Below the pieces are notes generated by a model. That model did no database searches. It was not told the DNA's origin and saw only the letters and a program-made list of their open reading frames with translations. This document shows positions 11,479-22,537 of a stretch of DNA of 64,000 nt, piece after piece. Within the stretch, counting starts at the first letter, position 1. Every line of letters begins with the position of its first letter. Position numbers and translations under genes: made by a program. This DNA comes from Cyanophora paradoxa CCMP329 (lineage: Eukaryota > Plantae > Glaucophyta): contig QPMI01000038.1 in the NCBI GenBank assembly GCA_004431415.1, positions 124,001-188,000 on the forward strand, read 5' to 3'.

Positions 11479-13726
11479 ATGCCAGCAACTGGAAGAATAG
11501 TTAGGAGAACCACTGAGCAACTGCAAGGTAACCTACTGCCTATCACAGTTCCAAAGGAGGAAAAAGGGGAATCTCGAATTGTCAAAAAGTCTGAGATGAA
11601 AGAGCTTGTCCCAGTAGAGATCCCAGTTGCTATTGCAGTGAAAGAAACCAGCAAGATTGCTAAGAGATTCTATGATGTGAGAACTGGTTACAAAGGGCTT
11701 CAAGCTATGAGGGCTGAGTTACCAGATGAATCCTATAAGCAGTTGCTTTTTTTTGAAAGTCTGCTGCATTCGTACACACTTGACAACAGTCCCCCGCTCC
11801 GGCGGCTCCACGCCTACCGGATACTGAGATGCTGACTGCAAGAGGAGATAGATAACAAGAGTGCTACAGCTAGTAGTCGTGTCGAGCTAGTGCCTTAGCT
11901 GTAGTCTACCGAGTCGTCTCCAGAACATAATATGCGCCGGTCCTCTAGCAGTGAGCGCGGCAGAAAGATGTAGGCCCAGAAAACCGGAGCCCCGTTAGTT
12001 AGGGCCCGGATGAAAAACTGGTGGTCGCGCAGCAAGAGCCGCGCTCCTCAGCCGCCTCCACGGCGAGCGCTGAGTCCAGAGTCGCCGCCAGCCGCCGAGC
12101 TGCAGCGCCGCGCAGCGAGCCGCGCGTCAACATCGCGGGCAGCTGCAGCTGGGCGCGGCATTGCCAATGCCCGGCGGGAACCCAGGCTGGTCGGCGGGAG
12201 CCGAGCAGCACGCCATCTCCTCCAGAGCCCGAGCACCGCGCCCTTCTCTGCGTCGCTCCTCCTACTGCCGCGGCCAGCTTGGTCCGCCCTCGCTAGATTT
12301 GCGCCTAGACATGCTGGAACGCGCGGGCGCTGTTGCGCAGAGCGGCGCCGACGCAGAGAAGCCCGAACTAGAGGCAATGAGCACTGCTGAGACCGCTGAT
12401 CTGACCTGGGGGCCGCACGCCCAACCGCGCCCGCCGACGAACGAATCGCCTAACGGACACTGCGGCTAAGCGGCTAGAAGCGCTTCTAGACCTTACTGAG
12501 GCGACCTGTGCCCTCCGGGCGCGCGCCCGGCGGGCGCTTCTCCCGCCCCGCCGACCTACGTTGCGCGCCCTTCCCGGGGTACAGAATCCGAATCCTATAA
12601 GCAGTTGCAAGAGTTCTATAAAAAACAGGAAGTTGTTCAGATCAATGCACCTGCTATATCTAGAAAGAGAGATCCCATGGTCCCAATAAGGCAACCCCTT
12701 GATACCTATGTGATTGATTTGCTCTTTTTCCCAGCTTACAAGAAACAAAACAATGGTTATGATACTTTTATGACTGCAATGGAATCCACACTGAGAACTG
12801 GGTATATCATACCTATAAGGGATAAATCAGCTCTCACTACATTGGCTGCATTTAAACAGCTTGAGATGAGAGTAGCAAGACCCATAGTAAAGGTTCAATC
12901 AGATGCTGGGAGTGAATTCCAAAATCGAATATTCCAGGAGTATCTATCTAGTAAATACATAGAACACCAAGTGAGTGGAACTGCAGACCACAGAAGCCAA
13001 GGTCGAATTGAAGCCTTTAACAAGCAGATTAAGAGATTGATCACAAACTACTGCATAGCTAATAACACAGCTAGATTCTTTGATGTGTTAGGTGATATTG
13101 AGTATAATTACAATAACACAGTTCACTCAGCTACTAAGATGAAGCCAGGTGAAACTACAGAGGAGCATTATAGGTATATAGTGGGATTAGAAGATGAAAG
13201 ATTCAAGAAATCTATAGCTTATCTTGATACCATGCAGCCTGGCATGTTTGTTAGAGTGAAAGTAGAGAAGAACCCATTTGCTAAACAGGGTAACAATTGG
13301 TCTAGGATGGTTTACACTGTTGATAGTAGGGAAGGCTTTAAGTTTAAGCTAAGGAGTCCCACTGGTGAGATCATAGATAACAGGTTTGCTTTCCATGAGC
13401 TGTTGCCTGTGAATGCAGTTGAGTATCTGGAAACCCCTACAGTAGATGCCTTAGAGCAAGCTAAAGAGGAAGCCAGGGTTGATGCTGCTATAAGGAGAGA
13501 AGGCATAGAAGCTTCTAATGAAGTCCCAGATAAGCCTTTGATAGAGGCTAGAAAGGAGAAGGCTGGGAAAGTTAACAGGGAACTCAAAAAGCTCACTATA
13601 GCAGGAACACAGAAACTTTCAGAAGTGAATAGCCAGAGATGGTATAATGACTTTCAGACTACTAAGGAGTCATATACAGCCCCTAAACCTCAAAGAACAC
13701 TAAGAGAAAGAACCAAAACTAGCTAG
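11479..13726 (+). pseudogene. Polinton/virophage-type retroviral-like (rve) integrase, ~460 aa when rejoined, split by a retroposon
   Basis: Removing 11747-12608 fuses ...PDESYKQL to QEFYKKQEVVQ... in frame; DDE triad YVIDL / QSDAGSEF / RIEAFN; YNNTVHSATKMKP and NWSRMVYTV motifs typical of Polinton integrases. Confidence 0.88.
11747..12589 (-). mobile_element. Non-LTR retroposon insertion (SINE or 5'-truncated LINE, 843 bp)
   Basis: 19-bp TSD GAATCCTATAAGCAGTTGC at 11728-11746 and 12590-12608; T8 (minus-strand poly-A) at the left junction; GC-rich body inside an AT-rich gene. Confidence 0.9.
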
Positions 13727-13948
13727 TTTGCTAGGCGAAAACTCGTTTTTTCCAAATATATGTATGACAGATATACATATATGCATATGATATACACATA
13801 ATCTTGTAGAGCATATCAAGCGCTTCACAGCGCTATGCAGAACGTTGCGTTTTGATGATCTGGTGATGAGATATAACAGTTTGAAGATGCAAAAGTCACT
13901 TGCCATAGTAGACTTGGTGAAACACTAGCCCAGGAATCGACTTGGGAG

Positions 13949-14751
13949 TAGGGCTGTCACGGTAGACCCCCCCCCCTCTACCCGGTCGGTAGACCTCTCT
14001 GACCCGTACCGACCGGGTACGCCCGGTAGGTCACGGCTGGCACGCATAGTACGCGAAAACTGACGCAAAATCAAGCTAAAATTCGTCAAGCTCCAAGGCG
14101 CTACGCGCCTAAACTGTTTACACGCTACTTTGCGCATCTACAGCTTGTGCTTGCGGGGTGAGGAGCCCCAGTTGTGAGGAAGTGCGGGGTGGTTGTCAGC
14201 CATGACCTTGTTCTTGAAAATTCGGATGCCATTCTCGAGGCAGGAGCGCAGGAAGATGAACTTAAAGAAAACAGAGATGTTAGAATTGAATTGAATGCAG
14301 CATGCGCAAGAGGAACAGAAGGGTGTACCTGGTTCAGCCGGACAGTTGACATTATTGAGAGGCGCTTCGAATTCTTCGAATTCGTCGCGATGTTGTTGAT
14401 CATGACATCGGAGAAAACTCGCTCAACCTGCGAATATATTCAAATCCTCTGCAAGTCGATTATAAGCAGAACCAGCTTAGAAAAATAGAAGTGCACACTT
14501 GAGACCTCGGTAGCGGGTGATTTCGTTCTCCCTTGCCGGGATGCTTGCCCTGGAAGTCCAGAGCACTGGTGTCTAGCGCTACCGCGTACTACGCGTACGG
14601 TAGCGTGCCGGGTGCCCGGGGCGCGCCCGGCTACCCCCCAACGGGCGAATTTGTATGGCTACCGGGCTTGTATGACGGTAGACCGGGCAAGTCTACCGGG
14701 CCGGTCGGTAGGACCAGTCTACCGCTACCGCGCCGTACCGCGACAGCGCTT
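13949..14751. mobile_element. hAT-like non-autonomous element/MITE
   Basis: 8-bp TSD CTTGGGAG (13941-13948, 14752-14759); imperfect TIR TAGGGCTGTCACGGTA / TACCGCGACAGCGCTT; subterminal GGTA/TACC repeats. Confidence 0.85.
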
Positions 14752-15687
14752 CTTGGGAGTAAGTCGTTTTTGGCTCAGAGAATAGAGCGCTTGATTTCTG
14801 ACTCAAAGCTACGCGGTTCAAATCCGTTCGGGAACCTTTACTTCGTTCGCCGTGAAACTTGAAAAGTAAAAAAAAACGCGGTTTTTTCTAGATTAATGCT
14901 GTACCCGTCTAGAAAATCGATATTCACGTTTGCTACGATATCTCAACACCAACTTATCAAATCGATGCGCTTAAAGCGTCATAAAATCGAGCATTTCAAG
15001 GCGGTCTGAGCGCTTATCAGCCATATCGACATTTCAATAACCCTGACTCGAAATCGCGATGAAACCGATTTTGAATTTTGATTTTAAATTCGATTAAAAT
15101 GCATTAAACGTGAGTTTTTAATATAGATCACCAGGAAGTTATCAAATCGATGCACTGACGATCGAATATTATCAAGTATATCATACATAACAATAACTTG
15201 CAATCACATATACGAATCTCGATGTGTATACATCGCTATTACGATTAAAGCGAGTTTTGAAATTCAAAATAATTCGATTAAATTCGATTATAACTCAAAA
15301 ATCGCGATTTTTAACCATTTACTTATCAATTCGATCACTTTATGATATCGAATAATCAACTAAATTATATAGCTTCGATTAACGTGATCACATATATGAA
15401 AACATCAATCTAACACTGCATTTCATAAGCATCTCCCCTAGATTCCCCCTATTATATAATATTTATATTAAAGTGGACTCAAGGTTGACTCATATTAATC
15501 GTAAAAGTAGTAATAGTATATGGATTTTGTTACGAATTCAATGCAAGGGTTGACTAAGTGGGTTGAGTTGACTCAAATTTCACAGGAAATAACAATGAAT
15601 CAGAGTATAAAATGCATTTTTTGAATCAACTACACCAACTAACACTGAGATTTTCACAAAATATGAGGTCCTTACTGAATATGGTTT

Positions 15688-15789
15688 GTGTGACAGGTGT
15701 GACAGGTCTATCCCGTGGATTTTAAAAATCAATTTCTCACTAGGACTTTCCTTGGGATTGACCTGTCACACCTGTCACACCTGTCACAC
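15688..15789. repeat. Inverted array of 9-bp GTGTGACAG repeats around an AT-rich core (origin-like)
   Basis: 27-bp arms 15688-15714 and 15754-15780 with one mismatch, plus an extra CTGTCACAC copy. Confidence 0.75.
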
Positions 15790-16031
15790 CCAATTTTCTA
15801 AGGGTCCCCCCTTAGACTCAATAAAACATGATAAAAACATATAAGTTTCATGTATAATTACGATTGGATTCAATAAGAGATCGATTTGTTAATATAAACA
15901 AATGAATCTTTTATGGATCTTAATCGAGTTTAGCGATATGTTTCCGATTAAATGAATTAAATTTAATTAAATTTAATCGAGAAAGTACATGAATATAATA
16001 TCGATTAAATCAATTAACTTTTAGACCAATC

Positions 16032-16315
16032 ACACATAGTAAAATGCGGAGTTTTAACCAGAGGCAAGATCTAATTGAGATTCAGTTATATTATTCGGAA
16101 ATATATACAGATTATCGATTAACTCAGTAAGACTAATCGGAAAATAAGAGAAATTTACGATAAAATATCGAAAAGAATACAAAATAATCGAAATAAATGA
16201 ATATTCGATAAGATATACACAGATTATCGATTGATTGAAATAGAATATACGAGATATATCAACAAAATCAATTAAGATTAAGCCGAGGGTTAAAACTCCG
16301 CATTTTACTATGTGT
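16032..16315. repeat. Terminal fold-back: perfect 28-bp inverted repeat around a 228-nt purine-rich spacer
   Basis: ACACATAGTAAAATGCGGAGTTTTAACC (16032-16059) and its exact reverse complement (16288-16315). Confidence 0.9.
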
Positions 16316-16842
16316 TCGAGTGTTTGACGAAGATATTGAGCCAGATCTGTCTTAAACATTCGCTGCGAGCGCTCTCGGTTTGCTTCAATTGTCGATGCTT
16401 CGAAACGTTTAACGTGAGCCTGGACTCTGGTCTCCAGAGTTGAGACCCATGTTACGAAGCTCGGGAAATAGTCAAGCCAGCGCGGCTGCCGAGCCGAGAA
16501 TGGTGGAGCTACCGGGGGGAGCGGGAGTTTGAGGTAGCTTGGTCTCTTGTCGACGGGCAGTTTATCGATCCGGCGGTTGTGATTGGAAATGGCCTTGCGC
16601 AGGTCGGAGAGGGAGTGCCGTATTCGGCGTGGGGTGGGGTCGACGCCATGGCGCGCTGCCTCCCATGCCTTTCGCAGTTCCTGGGACCGTGTGAGGAGGT
16701 TGGATTCCGGGCGGCCTCGGCGGGAGAATTTCTGAGGAATTTTCGGGGGAGTGTAGATCCCGAATACTGGCGACTGTCCAAGCTCACGAATATGAGTGAG
16801 CGTAGATTTGAGGGCTTCATGCAGACGGGCCAGGCGGTCGGT
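16316..16842 (-). pseudogene. Coding fragment truncated at the Polinton-like terminus (possibly non-LTR retrotransposon linker region)
   Basis: Protein-like stretch RLARLHEALK...FKTDLAQYLRQTLE stops looking natural exactly at 16315/16316; family is a guess. Confidence 0.35.
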
Positions 16843-16889
16843 CCCCCCCCCCCCCCCCCCCAGAGCCAGACGAGGCTCGCCCGGAAGCC

Positions 16890-17705
16890 GGCCCCTGCCG
16901 CCGGCGCCAGCGCCCCGCCCCGCCCCCCCGGCTCCAGCGCCCCGCCCCCGCCCTCCGGCTCCAGCGCCCCGCCCCGCCCTCCGGCTCCAGCGCCCCGCCC
17001 CCGCCCTCCGGCTCCAGCGCCCCGCCCCCGCCCTCCGGCTCCAGCGCCCCGCCCCCGCCCTCCGGCTCCAGCGCCCCGCCCCCGTCCTCCGGCTCCAGCG
17101 CCCCGCCCCCGCCCTCCGGCTCCAGCGCCCCGCCCCCGCCCCCCGGCTCCAGCGCCCCGCCCCTGCCCCCGGCTCCAGCGCCCCGCCCCGCCCTCCGGCT
17201 CCAGCGCCCCGCCCCGCCCTCCGGCTCCAGCGCCCGCCCCCGCCCTCCGGCTCCAGCGCCCCGCCCCCGCCCTCCGGCTCCAGCGCCCCGCCCCGCCCTC
17301 CGGCTCCAGCGCCCCGCCCCCGTCCTCCGGCTCCAGCGCCCCGCCCCTGCCCCCGACTCCAGCGCCCCGCCCCGCCCCCGGCTCCAGCGCCCCGCCCCGC
17401 CCTCCGGCTCCAGCGCCCCGCCCCGCCCTCCGGCTCCAGCGCCCCGCCCTGCCCCCGGCTCCAGCGCCCCGCCCCTGCCCCCGGCTCCAGCGCCCCGCCC
17501 CGCCCTCCGGCTCCAGCGCCCCGCCCCCACCCTCCGGCGCCAGCGCCCCGCCCCCGCCCTCCGGCTCCAGCGCCCCGCCCCCCCCCCCCCCCGGCGCCAG
17601 CGCCCCGTCCCCACCCTCCAGCTCCAGCGCCCCGCCCCCGCCCTCCGGCTCCGGCGCCCCGCCCTGGCCGCCCTCCAGCGCCCCGCCCCGCCGCCCCCCA
17701 CCCCG
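16890..17705. repeat. GC-rich minisatellite, 26-27-bp unit CCGGCTCCAGCGCCCCGCCC(C)CGCCCT, roughly 30 copies
   Basis: Direct tandem repetition; G-run-rich minus strand. Confidence 0.95.
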
Positions 17706-19104
17706 CTGTGCACCCTGCTCTCGACTTGACACAGATGGACACCTCAGTTATATCTCTAGCCATTTGTCTCGGTGTGTGCGAATTCATTTACAGCGTGCAC
17801 CCTGCTCCCCGCCCCCTTCCCTCCCTCCGTTCCGCCCCCGCCACACCCCACGCCCGTGCGCCCCGCCTCCCTCCCCCCCCTCCCCCAGGGCCAAGACTCC
17901 GACAGATAGCTCCTAGCTAGGGCAGACAGAGCCTTCCCCCCCCCCCTCCCCCTCTCGCAGGGCCAAGGACCGACTCGACTCCACACCGCTCCCACATAAT
18001 AGCTCGCAGCTAGCTAGGGCAGGGTAGCACGACGCCTCCCCTCTATGCCGCAGAGCAGGTAGAGCAGTCGGACGGTGCCCCCCCAGTCAAACTTCTATGA
18101 CGGGGCGGTAATTGTTGTCCTTTTAATACGAAAATTGCCCGGGTGGGCTTTTTGAAAAAACTATAGAGAGAGAGCCTAGTCCCGTACCCCCGAAGTCCCC
18201 AGCTAGAGAGAGCCTATATATATATATATTTAGAGCGAGGAGGCGGCAATTTATGTGGGCCTGCCCGCATCTATAGGGGACCTTCAAGTAGTTCATCTAT
18301 ATGTCTTCAAAAAGGCTTAAGAGGCTGTAAAAAAGGCTCGTAAAAGTCTCAAGGGAGACTCTGAGAGGGCGCGCCTGCCGGAGGCGGCGAGGCCGGCGAC
18401 GAGGGCGACGACGAGGCCCCAAAGCATCCCCGGGACGTCCAGCGCCGCCTCTGCGAAAGAAGTCAAGGGGAAACTGTTAGTTAGATGCAGGTAGAGCTTA
18501 AAGCTCGAGGCTCAAGAGGAAGGTGGATGTAAGTTTAACGTTGCCTCAGAGAAGCTTAGAGAACGTCATTCAATTTTTGAAGAAGCGCATAGTATGCGAA
18601 GGGTGCGGCTCAAGGCTTAATGTCCAGCGCACCGGGGCCCTGGGCGTGGCCCAGTGGGCCGCTTGATAGCTGAAGCTTGAGCTTAAAGTCTTAGGGCTCA
18701 AGACAGCTCAAAGAAACTTAATTACAGCTTTGTAAGAGGACTTTCGTTGAAGAAACGAAGCGCACCGGGGCCCTGGGCGTGTGCCGTTTTGGGGCTTAAA
18801 GGGCTTATAATTAAACGCTTAAAGGGCTCAAGAGAGCGTAAAGAAGCTTCATTGAATAGACTTTTATCGAAGGAGCGCACCGGGGCCGTGGGCGTGCGCC
18901 GCGTCGGCGCCCTGAAGGCGGCCAGGAGGTTCCCGAAGCGGCTCTTCTTCGCCAGGGCGGCGAACGTTCGGCCCTTGAGCATCCCGGAGCCCCCCAGCTG
19001 GCCCAGCAGGGCGCCCCAGCCGCCCCCTGCGCGCCGTCCGTGCCGTCCGCGCCGTCCGACGGTCGCGAGCGCCAAGTCCATTCGGCTCTTCGCCGCGCGA
19101 CCCT

Positions 19105-19189
19105 ACACATAAAGAAATACAAATTTAAATCCCTCCGCTTCGCGCTTCGCGCTTCGCTCCTGGATTTAAATTTGTATTTCTTTATGTGT
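19105..19189. repeat. Left terminal hairpin (28-bp stem, 29-nt loop with 3x GCTTCGC)
   Basis: ACACATAAAGAAATACAAATTTAAATCC ... GGATTTAAATTTGTATTTCTTTATGTGT. Confidence 0.92.
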
Positions 19190-19543
19190 AAATTAATCGA
19201 AAATATTTAAAAAATAAATCAAAATTTTTAATAAAATCAATTAAATTTAAATAAATTCGATTAAATTAATTGGTATAATATCAATTAAATTATGATTTTA
19301 TGAAATTTATATATATTTTTGATAAATTACGTATTTCTCGATTGATTTAATGATATAAACGCGATTAATTTGTATTTAAATGAAAAATACGTATTTTGCG
19401 ATTGATATAAACGCGATTAATTTGTATTTTATGCAAAATCGATATAATCTCGATTGAGGGAACATAAATTTATGATATAATCAATCACGATTGAAGTAGT
19501 CCAGCGCCCATTCTATCGTAAAACGCAAAAATTCACACAGAGT

Positions 19544-20130
19544 TGCATTATGTCCAATTAAACAATCGATGAAATATCGGATGAAAATAATTCACTCGTT
19601 ACTGCATTATGTCCAATTAAACAATCGATGAAATATCGGATGAAAATAATTTACTCGTTAGTGCATTATGTCCAATTAAACAATCGATGAAATATCGGTT
19701 GAAAATAATTCACTCGTTACTGCATTATGTCCAATTAAACAATCGATGAAATATCGGATGAAAATAATTCACTCGTTACTGCATTATGTCCAATTAAACA
19801 ATCGATGAGATTGCGGCGTATTTTGTTGGATTAGATGGTTACTGCTTCACGTCCAATTAAACAATCGATGAGATTGCGGAAAACAAAAATGACCCCAGAG
19901 TTGCATTATGTCCAATTAAACAATCGATAAAATGGGATTCTGTTTTTTACTGTTATAAAATTGTATCTGTGGTGCATTATGTCCAATTAAATAATCGTTG
20001 AGATTGCTGTGATAAAAATAATGAAAAAGGGACACTGAGTTGCATTGCGTCCGATTAAACAATTGATAAAATGGGATTCTGTTTTTTACTGTTATAAAAT
20101 TGTATCTGTGCTGCATTATGTCCGATTGAG
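19544..20130 (+). repeat. Subterminal repeat array: 4 x 59-bp units plus degenerate TGCATTATGTCCAATTAAACAATCGAT cores
   Basis: Seen directly; the mirror copy at ~42170-42580 has only one full 59-bp unit. Confidence 0.9.
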
Positions 20131-20139
20131 ACACACCAT

Positions 20140-20781
20140 TTACCGTCTCATATTACGACGTCTACGTATTTCAACTTCTGAGAATGTCTTAAAAATCTTG
20201 CATAATTCATTTTCGTGATCTGTGACATACCACATTCGATAACGTGGCTCGTATTTAGCGCCTTGCTTCTTCATGTATTTCCGTAAAGATGATTGCAAGA
20301 AAATACGTTTTTGTTCGAATTCGGGTAATCTCAGTTTGATATCACCAACAAAGTATCGACGACGTACGATGTCGTAATAATTCGGCTCGAAAACCATAGG
20401 GTCTATCGTCGCAAACTCTTTTAAGAGACGATGGTATTTATCCTCGACATAATAATGTTTCACATCGTATGCCCATTTCGCACCGTATCGCTCGATCTTA
20501 TGCGCGTATTCCTCTGGATCTCCGATATCTAAGACATAAACACCGTAATAATCCTTCGGTTCTGTGGTTGATCCACCGTTATACACAAATGGCTCCATTT
20601 CTGGTCTTTTTATTATCATAGATGTTTTCCCTTTAAGTAGTTTGAAGGTTTTTATGGTTTTGAAGAAATCCACCACCCATTGTGTATGTTCTTTTATGAT
20701 ATGTTGAATTTCATGTAGTCTTTTTGTGGTTCTCGATTGGATACAATCTTTATTAATGGTATCTCTGTAAAAATGAAGCAT
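20140..20781 (-). CDS. Protein with two DUF5710-like repeats
   Basis: YGAKWAYDVKHYYV and QGAKYEPRYRMWYV resemble the GA(K/R)W-x5-WY motif. Confidence 0.6.
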   Translation of the reverse strand: MLHFYRDTINKDCIQSRTTKRLHEIQHIIKEHTQWVVDFFKTIKTFKLLKGKTSMIIKRPEMEPFVYNGGSTTEPKDYYGVYVLDIGDPEEYAHKIERYGAKWAYDVKHYYVEDKYHRLLKEFATIDPMVFEPNYYDIVRRRYFVGDIKLRLPEFEQKRIFLQSSLRKYMKKQGAKYEPRYRMWYVTDHENELCKIFKTFSEVEIRRRRNMRR

Positions 20782-20789
20782 TTCTCGTT

Positions 20790-21623
20790 TTAGTTTTGAT
20801 TCTTTTTAACCAAACCGCGATATACTCTAACCGAATTACCTTTGTATTTCATTACCGATGATTCAATCTTAAAGCGTTTCTTAATTATATTGCTTATCCC
20901 ACGTGATTCTACCCATATATCTTTGTCGATTAACTCTAAACAATGATTAAATATATCGCTACAACGGGTGAATTTACTGAGGTCGTTGGTTAAAGTGTAG
21001 CTCTCATTTATAAAATCACATACAATCGTCTCGATATCTTTCTCTTTTTCGTTTTTGGTCTCTGTTGTAGTTTGCGTTTCGATCTTCACGAGACCTTTGA
21101 AAACATAGAGCATCTCATCGTAAAACATCTGAGAAGTTGGATTTAAACCATTGAACACTTCACGAACTCGATAAAGAATATCAGACTCATCGAAATTTGG
21201 CGCATTGGAATTTTTTAACATTCCGAAAACATCGCCAAGTAGCACGTATTGAGGTGTGTATTTGCTTGAATCTCCGGAAAAAACATAATTGCATTCAAGG
21301 TAGTCATCTATAACCTCGTTCCAATCTATTGGCTCTTCTTCTGATTCCTCATATAGATTCTTTTTTATCATCTGACGAATTCGCGCCCTTGCTGAACGCA
21401 ACGAATCCAATTTGTAGTATTCGCCTTCACAACTCTCGAACTCTTTCTTACATAACTTCTCGATTAAGCGTGGATTGCTACAATAGATCCACTCATAAAT
21501 TGAAAAGTTGGGTAAAGCTCGTGAGTATTGAGAAATGAGATTACTTACCGAAACAGTTGAGACACCAATTTTATACTTATTGTTCGCTTGAAATTCCGGG
21601 ACTGATCCGATATAAACCGCCAT
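20790..21623 (-). CDS. T5orf172/MUG113 (GIY-YIG-like) domain fused to two D5-C-like winged-helix domains
   Basis: N-terminal VYIG...YKIG...IEK; C-terminal DFINESY...VRVYRGL resembles the helicase C-terminus. Confidence 0.65.
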   Translation of the reverse strand: MAVYIGSVPEFQANNKYKIGVSTVSVSNLISQYSRALPNFSIYEWIYCSNPRLIEKLCKKEFESCEGEYYKLDSLRSARARIRQMIKKNLYEESEEEPIDWNEVIDDYLECNYVFSGDSSKYTPQYVLLGDVFGMLKNSNAPNFDESDILYRVREVFNGLNPTSQMFYDEMLYVFKGLVKIETQTTTETKNEKEKDIETIVCDFINESYTLTNDLSKFTRCSDIFNHCLELIDKDIWVESRGISNIIKKRFKIESSVMKYKGNSVRVYRGLVKKNQN

Positions 21624-21718
21624 TATGTCGCTTTTTTATATATATATGAGTTGTCTTATCTTTAAGTGGGTTTTCTTTTGGAAATTGACCTTAAACGCAC
21701 TTAGACAGTGTCTTGTTT

Positions 21719-22024
21719 TTAGAGTATTAAGTTTCCTTCTTTGTCGTATTGATCATTTAACCACGTCTTTATAATGAGTTCTACACATGATCTTGTGGCT
21801 TCCAATGACTCAAAAAGAAAGAAATCGCCTTCATGCTCATAAAGGTCACATAAATGCTTCTTTACTAATCGTGGGTTTCTACATTTGAACCACCCGTAGA
21901 TTGAAAACGCTTTCGATGATTGCTTATTAATCACATCATTTACTGAATCGGTTGATGATAACCCGACTTTGTAAGTCTTGTAAGCAACCAACTCGGGTGT
22001 TGATCCGATATACAGAATATTCAT
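21719..22024 (-). CDS. T5orf172-like paralog (101 aa)
   Basis: LYIGSTPE...YKVGLS...IYGWFKCRNPRLVKK aligns with the N-terminus of the adjacent 277-aa ORF. Confidence 0.65.
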   Translation of the reverse strand: MNILYIGSTPELVAYKTYKVGLSSTDSVNDVINKQSSKAFSIYGWFKCRNPRLVKKHLCDLYEHEGDFFLFESLEATRSCVELIIKTWLNDQYDKEGNLIL

Positions 22025-22123
22025 GTTATGATTCTTTTATAATCAATGTCGCTTCTTCTTAAATCATCGCATGAGTTCGTAAGCCTCCTCATATCCGATC
22101 GTTTACTTACGATTGGGTTTTTT

Positions 22124-22432
22124 TGGGGCTGTTGGGCGTTATTGGGCGTTGTTGGGCACTTGTTGGGCACTTGTTGGGCACCTTTGGGCACTTTTTAATC
22201 CAAGGTCTAAAAGATTTCTTAGAATACATTTTCAAAATTCTAATTTCATTCAAAACATTTTTTTATATAGAAAAACTTTCTTAAAACGGTGCCCAAAGTG
22301 CCCAATGACATTTAAAAAGTGCCCAATGATAAAAGAAGTGCCCAATGAAACCACTTACTGTAATACAAATATTGTAGAGATATAGACCATCTTTAATGAA
22401 AAAAAGAAGCGTTCTAAATGAAGTGCCCAATG
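22124..22432. promoter_or_regulatory. Origin-like module A' (TTGGGCAC/GTGCCCAA iterons around an AT-rich core)
   Basis: Inverted near-identical copy of ~27850-28045; function inferred. Confidence 0.55.
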
Positions 22433-22537
22433 ACCATTTGTAGTAAGAAGAAGATTCAAAATCTACTTTTATATATAAATCTCTTACTCTCATAGATTTA
22501 AGGATAAAACGATAATATATATGAAAGTAAAACTACA

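Larger units (their letters stand above)
11395..16315 (+). mobile_element. Right-hand part of a Polinton/Maverick-like element
   Basis: pPolB tail plus integrase, then AT-rich non-coding DNA ending in a fold-back terminus TATGTGT at 16315, where composition changes and a different ORF is truncated. Continuity between integrase and terminus is inferred. Confidence 0.65.

Noticed and set aside
14763-14836. tRNA gene (TGGCTCAG...GAGC D-arm, GGTTCAAATCC T-arm)
   Set aside because: The acceptor stem does not pair and the anticodon loop is 8 nt; at most a tRNA-derived remnant. tRNAscan-SE would settle it.
16054-17920. Long Gly/Pro/Ala-rich ORFs (577, 445, 407, 374, 298 aa)
   Set aside because: Products of a stop-free GC minisatellite that is open in several frames.
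18626-18900. Three copies of AGCGCACCGGGGCC(C/G)TGGGCGTG
   Set aside because: Real short repeats, but no boundaries, TSD or function can be supported.
19544-20130. CRISPR-like repeat/spacer array
   Set aside because: The spacers are largely identical to each other (tandem repeat), there are no cas genes, and the context is eukaryotic.
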